A DNA stretch of 64,000 nucleotides from NCBI GenBank assembly GCA_013289085.1, contig JABDAR010000004.1, positions 5,184 through 69,183 of the forward strand, in the 5' to 3' direction. The position numbers and the translations under genes are program-made. The notes beneath the pieces are model-generated. The model was not told where the DNA came from and made no database searches. It worked only from the letters and a program-made list of their open reading frames with translations. Position 1 is the first letter of the stretch, and each line of letters begins with the position of its first letter. This stretch comes from Gammaproteobacteria bacterium (GTDB lineage Bacteria > Pseudomonadota > Gammaproteobacteria > JABCZS01). Below are positions 1 through 8,063 of the stretch, piece by piece.

Positions 1-1
1 A

Positions 2-382
2 CAGGTGGGTTTGTCTGCGGCAGTCATTGATCAATACCCTCATCAATTTTCGGGTGGACAAAGACAACGTATTGCCATTGCCAGAGCGCTCGCAGTTTCA
101 CCTAAAATTATTATTTGCGATGAACCCACGAGTGCACTTGATGTATCTGTGCAAGCTCAGATTGTTAACCTACTTAAAAATTTGCAACAAGAATTAGGGA
201 TAGCCTATATTTTTATTAGCCATAATCTTGCTGTAGTATCTTACTTAGCTGATACCATAGCGGTGATGTATGAAGGTAAAATAGTTGAGTCTGCTGACGC
301 AGAAACACTATTTTCAGCACCGAAGCATCCCTATACTCAGGCTCTTTTATCAGCAGTACCTGAAGTTACATCTCCGGAATGA
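2..382 (+). CDS. Oligopeptide/dipeptide-type ABC transporter ATP-binding protein (OppF/DppF-like), C-terminal part; 5' end lies outside the window
   Basis: ABC signature [15 protein letters not shown], Walker [14 protein letters not shown]-loop FISHNL, and the Opp/Dpp-type C-terminal tail [14 protein letters not shown]. The frame is open to the window edge. Confidence 0.85.
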   Translation, partial: QVGLSAAVIDQYPHQFSGGQRQRIAIARALAVSPKIIICDEPTSALDVSVQAQIVNLLKNLQQELGIAYIFISHNLAVVSYLADTIAVMYEGKIVESADAETLFSAPKHPYTQALLSAVPEVTSPE

Positions 383-572
383 GATAATCACGTTTTTTAT
401 TGTGAGATATTCGCCATACCTATGATTTGTACATAGCGTTTTTAAATTCTGTCTCTATAATTTAAAAATATCGTATTGTTTGGAAGCATGTGTTATTCGA
501 CTATGTTTCAGATAGTGTCTAGGTTATCTAAATGTTCTTCAAGTTAATTCTTATATATAAGAGGATAAAATA

Positions 573-1991
573 ATGACTAAAGGTATCAGTTTCAAATTCG
601 CACTTTTAGGTTGCGTTTCATCATGTTTGATGAGTGCAGCGTATGCAAATACAAGTAATGAAGGGATAGTGACCCTTGAGCTGTTGGCAGGAGAAGACAT
701 CAGAGGCGTTACTTGCGGCGCAGATGATCGTTATTACACATTCCAATTAACTAATGGAACAGATGATGATTTAACTATTAGAAAAATTCATGTTGAAAAT
801 AACAGCGGCCATGATAGTCCAATTGATTTTCATCATTTTGTAAGAAATACAACTCCAGTATCAGGTGAGTGCCAATGGGATGGTAATGTTCTTGATGAAG
901 GCGATGATTGCTTAATTACTGTCAAAGTTGATGCAGATAGTCTTGACTGCGGCAGCGCAATTCCAGTAGAAGCTGTTTTTACTGGCGAATTAGAAGTTGA
1001 ATATAGTGATGCAGAATTTAGTGAAATTGAAGCAGATATCACAATTCCAGTGACCATAGTGGGCTCTGGTGATGATGTTAGCTTGTTAGGTCAAAATCTT
1101 TGCGGTACAGAATATTCTCAGCAAGGCCAATGCGATATCGACAGCCTATCAAATTTAGCAGCTACAAATGTCACTGTAGATCAAGATTTAGTAGCAACCT
1201 CAGAGACTGCTTATATTTCTTCTAATATTGTTTCAGTTAACGGTGATAAATATCGTGATGATGATATCATCGCTGAAAATGCAAAATCTGATGTGAAAGC
1301 AGCATTCAATAATATTATGGATCTTGCAATCGATGGGCCTTTTCTTGCAGATGCACAAGATTCTTCTGTAGGTTTAGGTTTTAGCAGTAATTGTAGATTA
1401 TTGGCTTATGATTGGTTTAATACTCCTGTAGATCCTATGGATTTAAGTCTAGGAAATGTAGAGCGTACAATTTCTGGCGGTGGTCTATATTGCTTCACTA
1501 CAGATGATGGCGACACTTTACCAGGCTGTGACGATGTGGAACCTGTGGTCATCAATACAAACGTTATTGTTGAAACCACTCAACCTGCTATTTTTGTCAT
1601 AAATCCTGAGGTTTGTGATCCTCGTGATGGCAGTTTACCCGATGATTTCTACGCACTTGTGATTGGTGAAGATGGCAATAATGTTGCAAACTTTAATGTG
1701 GATACAGATATTGGTGATCCACGTGTAAGTGCGGGTAATCTATATTTCTTTGTAGATGGTAAAGCTGAAATGCATGCTCCTGCAGCAACTTCAGATACTT
1801 GCGATCCAACTACAGACCCAGACTGCGATTATAATCTTGCCGGTAGATATATACTAGAAGACTACTTTGAAGCAGATGCTGGTGATTTCCCTGCCAACAT
1901 CATAGGTAATATCTATTCTACTAGAGGCAGTGTAGGGTTAGTTGAAGGTTATGTTGTAAATGACCCAAATCCAACAGTAGGTACTAAATAA
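573..1991 (+). CDS. Secreted, highly acidic, Cys-containing protein, paralog 1 of 3. Function unknown. N-terminal beta-sandwich-like module plus a C-terminal region with DUF3494/ice-binding-like motif order.
   Basis: RBS gaggataaaataATG. Sec signal MTKGISFKFALLGCVSSCLMSAAYA|N. My hand count gives about 83 Asp+Glu versus about 20 Lys+Arg, and 12 Cys in the mature part. Motifs VTCG, DDCLITVKV, GLYCF, AIFVINP, LYFFVDG and NIIGNIY are shared in order with ORFs 2030-3457 and 4380-5612. Confidence 0.7.
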   Translation: MTKGISFKFALLGCVSSCLMSAAYANTSNEGIVTLELLAGEDIRGVTCGADDRYYTFQLTNGTDDDLTIRKIHVENNSGHDSPIDFHHFVRNTTPVSGECQWDGNVLDEGDDCLITVKVDADSLDCGSAIPVEAVFTGELEVEYSDAEFSEIEADITIPVTIVGSGDDVSLLGQNLCGTEYSQQGQCDIDSLSNLAATNVTVDQDLVATSETAYISSNIVSVNGDKYRDDDIIAENAKSDVKAAFNNIMDLAIDGPFLADAQDSSVGLGFSSNCRLLAYDWFNTPVDPMDLSLGNVERTISGGGLYCFTTDDGDTLPGCDDVEPVVINTNVIVETTQPAIFVINPEVCDPRDGSLPDDFYALVIGEDGNNVANFNVDTDIGDPRVSAGNLYFFVDGKAEMHAPAATSDTCDPTTDPDCDYNLAGRYILEDYFEADAGDFPANIIGNIYSTRGSVGLVEGYVVNDPNPTVGTK

Positions 1992-2029
1992 GTTTAGGTA
2001 ACTAATACAGATTATATAATGAGGATAAA

Positions 2030-3457
2030 ATGATGAGTAAAGTATTTAATTTAAAATTAGCAGTAATGGGTTTTGTATCTTCTACCTGCTTGATTGGTGC
2101 CGCTAATGCTGAAGTTGGTGTGACTGGTGCAGTGGTTGAGCTTAAGCAAATAGGCCATCACCATGAAGATGGTATATTGCCTGTTGCCTGTGGAACTGAA
2201 GAATTTACAGTAAAGTATAAGTTAAAAAACATAAGCGATGATCCTGCAACTATTACCAGCGTTGATACTATTGTAATTAATCCCGGTGATCATTTTTTTC
2301 TTGACCCAGAAAATGAAACTGTAACTGTACTTCCACCAGATGATAAAGATGATTGCGGTTATAAGTTACCATTTACATTGGCAGGCGATAATGATGACGA
2401 TGGTGATGGTGAATCATGCTATATACATGTACAAATCAATCCTGAATCACATGCCGTTCAAGCTCTTTGTGAAGACAATGTATTTGACCCCGCAATAATA
2501 ATCGACAGAACTTTAGATGTTGAAGGTTATGTAGATTTTGGTGGTGCAACTGCTCCGATTACATTTCCAATTACAACATTGGGTGCAGCTGAAACATTGT
2601 CAATATTAGGTAATAATATTTGTGATGAATCAGAGAGTTCAAACATCTTACTGCCTTGCGATAATGGTGATTCAAGCCTAAATGCAGGTTTCAGTACAGT
2701 AGAGCAGAATGTAGCTGTATATGGTTGGGGAAATGGATTACTAAATCCTGATGGATATATTACACCGTCATTAAGTGGTTACCCACATGCTTATGATGGT
2801 GATGATAGAGAAACTGATCGTTTTATTGATGATTCTGAAGCTGCATATAATAATTTATTAGCCATGGCAAGTGATGTTTGTAGTGGTGGTGCTAATCAAT
2901 ATCCAGCATATCTAACAAGTAATCAGACTGTTCCTCCTACTATTGAGATTCCTGTTTCACAAGCTATAGAAATAGATGGTGCAGGTGAAGGTATGCCCAC
3001 CTTTATATGTACTGACACACATGATATTACTCAAATAGATAATACGATTACATTAGATGGCGCAGGGATTTATGTCTTCGTTATTAATCCAATCCTACCT
3101 GTTGACCCAGATGACTTTATTTCGCTTAACTTCTTAGCAAATGCTGATATGGAATTAACTTGTATTGATGATAGCGATCCAACTACATGTGCGGAATCTG
3201 GTGATGTATTTTGGGTAGTGAATGGTCAGATGGAAGTTGATCCAACATCTCCAGATGATAATGATAATCCAGTAGTGGATAATCTTTACGGATCATTTTT
3301 ATTAAAAGGTGGTTTGGAATTTGATACAGCAATGAATACTGGAACTAACATTATCGGTAGAATTTTATCATTTGATGGTGAAAATGTTATACTAGATGGT
3401 ACTACAGTGACAGCACCTGAAGACGAAGATGATACTACTGTTCCAGATTCTATCTAA
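2030..3457 (+). CDS. Secreted, highly acidic, Cys-containing protein, paralog 2 of 3 (function unknown)
   Basis: The upstream context is nearly the same as paralog 1 (tatataatgaggataaaATGATG). Signal peptide ...CLIGAANA|E. Motifs VACG, SCYIHVQI, DRTLDV, LGAAETLSILG, GIYVFVINP, DVFWVVNG, NIIGRILSFDGENVILDGTTVTAP. Acidic tail EDEDDTTVPDSI. Confidence 0.7.
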   Translation: MMSKVFNLKLAVMGFVSSTCLIGAANAEVGVTGAVVELKQIGHHHEDGILPVACGTEEFTVKYKLKNISDDPATITSVDTIVINPGDHFFLDPENETVTVLPPDDKDDCGYKLPFTLAGDNDDDGDGESCYIHVQINPESHAVQALCEDNVFDPAIIIDRTLDVEGYVDFGGATAPITFPITTLGAAETLSILGNNICDESESSNILLPCDNGDSSLNAGFSTVEQNVAVYGWGNGLLNPDGYITPSLSGYPHAYDGDDRETDRFIDDSEAAYNNLLAMASDVCSGGANQYPAYLTSNQTVPPTIEIPVSQAIEIDGAGEGMPTFICTDTHDITQIDNTITLDGAGIYVFVINPILPVDPDDFISLNFLANADMELTCIDDSDPTTCAESGDVFWVVNGQMEVDPTSPDDNDNPVVDNLYGSFLLKGGLEFDTAMNTGTNIIGRILSFDGENVILDGTTVTAPEDEDDTTVPDSI

Positions 3458-3480
3458 TAGGACTTGACTGTAAGCTGTAA

Positions 3481-3515
3481 AAAGGGGAAGCTGTTCATTT
3501 GAATGTTTCCCCTTT
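3481..3515 (+). terminator. Possible stem-loop terminator/attenuator between paralog 2 and the OMP gene
   Basis: aaaggggaa (3481-3489) pairs with ttccccttt (3507-3515). The loop is long and the T-tail weak, so read-through is plausible. The stem sequence resembles the terminator at 5629-5658. Confidence 0.4.
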
Positions 3516-3576
3516 GTTTACACAAAGGAATTGTTTTAGTTTTAATATTTAGTATTTTTGAGAAGGAACTTAACTA

Positions 3577-4356
3577 ATGTCTACACAACAAAAAATTCTC
3601 CTGGCAAGTACACTCTTGGCGTTCAGTTCAACTGTCGCTTTGGCTGATGAAAATGAAGATCAGCTTGATACTGGCTTTCAACTTAATTTTATGGCTGGTT
3701 TGACTTCACTTGAGCAAGATGGTCATTATGATTTCAGTACAACTGAAAAAGACAGTTTGATTCAAGATGGCACTGATTGGAGTTCTTGGACAATTGCCGT
3801 TGGTGTAGGCTATCTTTACCCTCTACAAGAAGCTGAAGACGATGCTGAATTGACTTGGTTTCCTGCCATAACACCAGAATTAAATTTATATTATCTAAAT
3901 GGTAGTGACATCGAAGGCGATGTATATCGTTACCAAGATCCTGATTTAAATGATGGGACTTATACAAGCGAATTTAGTAGTACCCGTTTAATGTTAGATT
4001 TTGATCTGACAGTAATTGAGATTGAAAAATTTTCTGTATTTGCATTAGCCGGTTTGGGAATTGCTTTTAATAGTACAGATTTAAATGTAATGGTAAACGA
4101 AGAACATAATTTCCCTGATTTCTCATTGGATTCAAATGAAAGTACTGCATTTGCTTATGAGTTCGGTGCAGGCTTTGGCTATGCTATTACAGATGATTGG
4201 GGCGTGTCATTGGAATATCTATACGCAAATCTAGGTGAAGCAAATGTTTCAGGCTCTTCACCAATACCAGGAGATCCTGATGATTTAGTGATCGATAGCT
4301 CAGATATTGACATGACATCACAATCAATTATATTAGGAATGACATTTGCGCTTTAA
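3577..4356 (+). CDS. Small outer-membrane beta-barrel protein (OMP_b-brl / OmpW-Opacity-like class)
   Basis: Signal peptide MSTQQKILLASTLLAFSSTVALA|D. Alternating hydrophobic beta-strand segments (WTIAVGVGYLY, FALAGLGIAF, AYEFGAGFGYAI, WGVSLEYLYANLG, SIILGMTFAL). RBS aagga. Confidence 0.7.
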   Translation: MSTQQKILLASTLLAFSSTVALADENEDQLDTGFQLNFMAGLTSLEQDGHYDFSTTEKDSLIQDGTDWSSWTIAVGVGYLYPLQEAEDDAELTWFPAITPELNLYYLNGSDIEGDVYRYQDPDLNDGTYTSEFSSTRLMLDFDLTVIEIEKFSVFALAGLGIAFNSTDLNVMVNEEHNFPDFSLDSNESTAFAYEFGAGFGYAITDDWGVSLEYLYANLGEANVSGSSPIPGDPDDLVIDSSDIDMTSQSIILGMTFAL

Positions 4357-4379
4357 TTTAAATCATAAGGAAATACAAA

Positions 4380-5612
4380 ATGAAAATAAGATTTAAACAT
4401 CATATTGCACTTATTAGTCTTTGTGCAAGCGGTGTATTTATGCAATTTGCTCAAGCAAATTCATGTGACGAAGGCTGTGATGTTATTATTGAACCACCTG
4501 AATTGACTCCCGTCGCTTGTGGTCCAACTTCACAAATTTTTCCTTATAAAGTCATTAATTTAATTGGTAAACCAATTGTCATCGAAGACTGGGATATATT
4601 GACAGATGATCATGATGGCGAAAGAGATGGTGATTCTTGGCCAGACATTAAGGATCTTGTTACAATTCAATCTTCTAAAGATTGCAAAGCAAATGAAGCC
4701 AACACAGAAGAATGTTGTGAGTTGGGTGAATCTTTTACCGACGAATGTATAGTCAATGTATCTATTAATACCACAGAAATAGGATCTTGTCCTGCTGGAG
4801 GTTTACGAGGAAATATTGACAGAACTTTACGACTTGATATAGAGAGTTGGCAACCATTTGCTTATGCGCCTATCGATCTAAAAGTTACTAAAAAAGGTGA
4901 TTTACGTGATTGGACTTACCTTGGTCCTAGCGTAATTAACTTTGCCGATGCAAATGCGCAAGCGAATAAAAACGTGGGACAAACAGATGATGATGGATTT
5001 ATTACTGAAGATAAAATCGATTTAGGACCAGGTGCAAATTTTTACCTGTGGTATCAAACTAAAACCATGAATGCATTAGCTAATTTAGAAGCTGTCTTTT
5101 TGAACTACTATCTTTACTATTTTAGTAGTACTGAGATTAGTAGTAAACTGGGATCTAACGGTGATGAAGCCGAGTTAGCGGCTAGTTTTTATAAATTTAA
5201 TCCAAAATATTGGCCTGTAACACTTGATGGAACACTTACGATTAATGGTGGAAAGAATCAAGAAGCAGTGTTTGTGCTAGCTGGTTTTGAAGATTCAACT
5301 CCAGAGAAGATTATTTTCAGTGTATTGCAAGGCGGAAAAATAGAACTTAAAGGTGGAATTCGTCCTGAAAACGTAACCTTTGTTTTGGATAATGGTTCCG
5401 CTGAAACAGAAGGTGATTGTACACTTGTAGGCACTTATATCATTAATAATGGTGGATTTGAAGATGAACCTGTGGATCTCGCTGGCCCTTGTTATATTAA
5501 CGGGAGTGTTTTCGTATTAGTTGATGATGATGATTCAGATCCAGATGAACCGCCATTTGATCCTGAAGATACTAACATCAATTTATTTGGTACGACTGCA
5601 AATACACCATAA
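4380..5612 (+). CDS. Secreted acidic Cys-containing protein, paralog 3 of 3 (most divergent; function unknown)
   Basis: Signal peptide ...GVFMQFAQA|N. Motifs VACG, DECIVNVSI, DRTLRLD, AVFVLAG, NVTFVLDNG, TLVGTYIINNGG, INGSVFVL. Acidic tail DDDDSDPDEPPFDPED. RBS aagga. Confidence 0.65.
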   Translation: MKIRFKHHIALISLCASGVFMQFAQANSCDEGCDVIIEPPELTPVACGPTSQIFPYKVINLIGKPIVIEDWDILTDDHDGERDGDSWPDIKDLVTIQSSKDCKANEANTEECCELGESFTDECIVNVSINTTEIGSCPAGGLRGNIDRTLRLDIESWQPFAYAPIDLKVTKKGDLRDWTYLGPSVINFADANAQANKNVGQTDDDGFITEDKIDLGPGANFYLWYQTKTMNALANLEAVFLNYYLYYFSSTEISSKLGSNGDEAELAASFYKFNPKYWPVTLDGTLTINGGKNQEAVFVLAGFEDSTPEKIIFSVLQGGKIELKGGIRPENVTFVLDNGSAETEGDCTLVGTYIINNGGFEDEPVDLAGPCYINGSVFVLVDDDDSDPDEPPFDPEDTNINLFGTTANTP

Positions 5613-5628
5613 TAGATTGTTGGGAATT

Positions 5629-5658
5629 AAAAAGGGGAACATTGTTCCCCTTTTTTTA
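5629..5658. terminator. Bidirectional rho-independent terminator (paralog 3 on +, mltD on -)
   Basis: aaaaaggggaac-att-gttccccttttttt: a GC-rich stem flanked by an A-run and a T-run, lying between convergent genes. Confidence 0.75.
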
Positions 5659-5671
5659 TTGCTGAATATTT

Positions 5672-6784
5672 TTAAGCACCACGTGGGATTTTAAGTTTTT
5701 GTCCAATCTGCAGATTATTTGAAGACAAATTATTATATTGTTGTATCATCGCCACACTTGCACCATGGGTTTTACTGATTTGATTTAATGAATCACCTGC
5801 TTGAACTACATAACTGTAAGTTGCTTTCTTTACAGGTACATAATTGGCTAGTGCAGTTTCAAAGATTTCTACTTTATCATGAGGTATTAATAACGTATCG
5901 GTGTTATTAGCAATAATGGTTTGGGTAAAACCAGGATTCATTTCAAGTAATGTTTCAGGTTCAACATCCGCTAAATCAGCTGCAATAGTGATATCTAAAT
6001 AATCTTCCACATCAATATCAACTACAGCCACTTGTGGTTCATCAGGAACAACAGGTAGTTCCATATCATGACGTTCATAGTGCTTTACTACATCAGCAAG
6101 GGCAATCAGTTTAGGGACGTAATTTAATGTTTCTTTAGGTAGGTTATTTAAATCCCAGAAACTAGTACCACGACCAGCGGCTTTATTTTTCGCAATTTCT
6201 TTATTAATACGGCCATGGCCCACGTTATATGCAGCTAACACTAAGTGCCAATCATTGTCATAAACAGTTGCTAAATACGCTAAGTGATTTAATGCCGCAT
6301 CTGTAGATTCTTGCACAGAACGACGGCCATCATACATGCTGTTTTGAACAATCTTATAATGCTTAGCTGTAACAGCCATTAACTGCCATAAACCTGTAGC
6401 ACCGGCGTGTGAGCGCGCATGTGGATCATACATACTTTCAATTACTGGAATTAATACAAATTCCATAGGCAAATCGCGCGCTTTAATTTCTTCCGCTATA
6501 TAATAGAGATAAGGTTCAGCACGGCTAAAGACTTTTTCAATATAATCAGGGTTGTTAAGAAACCAGGTGCGATGGGTTTGCACAAGCTTTTGCTCTGTGG
6601 CATGATCTAAGCTAAAATCAGCGCGCAGGCGATCCCATAAGTTGTCGTCGTCGTGTTCGGTGGGAATTGGGCGTTCGCTTGATTCTGGTATTAAAGGCAC
6701 TTGTAATGCACCAGAACTCACGACCAATCCTACGACGATAAAGAACAATGATAAATGCTTGATAAACTTATTTATTGTGTTCAT
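5672..6784 (-). CDS. mltD: Membrane-bound lytic murein transglycosylase D-like (SLT domain + LysM)
   Basis: N-terminal anchor/signal. SLT core ESMYDPHARSHAGATGLWQLM ... AAYNVGHGRI. C-terminal LysM YVVQAGDSLNQISKTHGASVAMIQQYNNLSSNNLQIGQKLKIP. Confidence 0.85.
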   Translation of the reverse strand: MNTINKFIKHLSLFFIVVGLVVSSGALQVPLIPESSERPIPTEHDDDNLWDRLRADFSLDHATEQKLVQTHRTWFLNNPDYIEKVFSRAEPYLYYIAEEIKARDLPMEFVLIPVIESMYDPHARSHAGATGLWQLMAVTAKHYKIVQNSMYDGRRSVQESTDAALNHLAYLATVYDNDWHLVLAAYNVGHGRINKEIAKNKAAGRGTSFWDLNNLPKETLNYVPKLIALADVVKHYERHDMELPVVPDEPQVAVVDIDVEDYLDITIAADLADVEPETLLEMNPGFTQTIIANNTDTLLIPHDKVEIFETALANYVPVKKATYSYVVQAGDSLNQISKTHGASVAMIQQYNNLSSNNLQIGQKLKIPRGA

Positions 6785-6872
6785 AGTCCATATTGTACCA
6801 GTTCTAGGTCAAAAAATGAACCCCTAAACAGGGATTATTTTTGAATATCTATTAAAATCAAGAGGTTATAGG

Positions 6873-7310
6873 TTGATAAAGAAAGTAGAATTATTTACAG
6901 ATGGTGCTTGTAGAGGCAATCCAGGTCCTGGAGGTTGGGGAGTCATCCTACGTTATAATGGTGTGGAGAAGCATCTAAAAGGCGCTGAAATCATGACTAC
7001 CAACAACCGTATGGAGCTTATGGCAGCGATTTGTGGTTTAAATGCAATAAAAGAGCCTTGTCAGGTGGAAATTACCACAGATTCTCAATATGTAAGGCAA
7101 GGTATTACTACTTGGATACATAATTGGCGTAAAAATGGCTGGCGAACAGCGGCTAAACAGCCCGTGAAAAACGCCGATTTGTGGGAAGCATTAACCAGCG
7201 CTTTAGAAAAACATCAGGTAGAATGGCATTGGGTAAAAGGCCATAGTGGCCATAGAGAAAATGAACTTGCAGATGAATTAGCCAATCAGGCAATAGATGA
7301 GTTGGAATAA
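6873..7310 (+). CDS. rnhA: Ribonuclease HI
   Basis: TTG start after agagg. [36 protein letters not shown] and [18 protein letters not shown] match the RNase HI catalytic pattern over the full length. Confidence 0.95.
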   Translation: MIKKVELFTDGACRGNPGPGGWGVILRYNGVEKHLKGAEIMTTNNRMELMAAICGLNAIKEPCQVEITTDSQYVRQGITTWIHNWRKNGWRTAAKQPVKNADLWEALTSALEKHQVEWHWVKGHSGHRENELADELANQAIDELE

Positions 7311-7316
7311 AATTTT

Positions 7317-7343
7317 GCCCCCTTTCATAAAGGGGGCGAATGC
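7317..7343. repeat. Short hairpin repeat, family A core (gccccctttcataaagggggc)
   Basis: Perfect 8-bp G/C-rich stem directly after the rnhA stop. The same core recurs at 14534-14578 and in both arms of 60275-60444. Confidence 0.7.
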
Positions 7344-7358
7344 TTTATAAGGATATAT

Positions 7359-8063
7359 ATGCGTCAAATAGTACTCGACACAGAAACAACGGGCTTGAGC
7401 CCGGAAGCAGGGCATCGCATTATCGAAATCGGTGCACTTGAATTAATTAATCGCCGTTTAACCGGTAAACAATTTCATTATTATTTAAATCCTGATCGTG
7501 ATGTCGATTATGGTGCACAAAAAGTCCATGGCTTAACCCGAGCATTTTTAAAAGATAAACCCCGTTTCCCAGAAATTGTGCGCGAATTCCTAGCGTTTAT
7601 TCGCGATGCAGAATTAATCATTCATAATGCGCCCTTTGATATTGGTTTTTTAAATTATGAATTATCGTTACATGATAAATCTTTAGGCATCATTTCAGAT
7701 TATGCACAAGTACTGGATAGTTTAGTGCTCGCCCGCAAACAACATCCCAATCAAAAAAATTCACTCGATGCGCTCAGCAAGCGTTATGAAATAGATTGTT
7801 TTGATCGCGAGCTTCACGGCGCTTTATTAGATTCAAAAATTTTAGCACAGGTTTATTTATCAATGACGGGTGGTCAAGCCGATTTATCGCTTGAACTTGA
7901 AGAAAGCAGCAAGGTTATTGTAGAAAATAAAGAACAGGCAGAACAACAACATCAACCTTTTAAAGTCATTTATGCAGATACAACAGAGTTGGCAATACAT
8001 GAACAATATCTACAAAAAATAAAAGAGGCCAATCGTGGGCAATGTGTGTGGTTACAAGACTAA
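7359..8063 (+). CDS. dnaQ: DNA polymerase III epsilon subunit (3'-5' proofreading exonuclease)
   Basis: Exo I MRQIVLDTETTGL, Exo II IIHNAPFDIGFLN, Exo III HGALLDSKILAQVY. RBS aagga. Confidence 0.93.
   Translation: MRQIVLDTETTGLSPEAGHRIIEIGALELINRRLTGKQFHYYLNPDRDVDYGAQKVHGLTRAFLKDKPRFPEIVREFLAFIRDAELIIHNAPFDIGFLNYELSLHDKSLGIISDYAQVLDSLVLARKQHPNQKNSLDALSKRYEIDCFDRELHGALLDSKILAQVYLSMTGGQADLSLELEESSKVIVENKEQAEQQHQPFKVIYADTTELAIHEQYLQKIKEANRGQCVWLQD

Noticed and set aside
8035-8063. 29-nt overlap of dnaQ and addB considered as possible programmed frameshift or fusion
   Set aside because: dnaQ ends at about the normal length with its own stop. addB has alternative in-frame GTG starts (8044, 8065), so ordinary start-site ambiguity is the simpler explanation.
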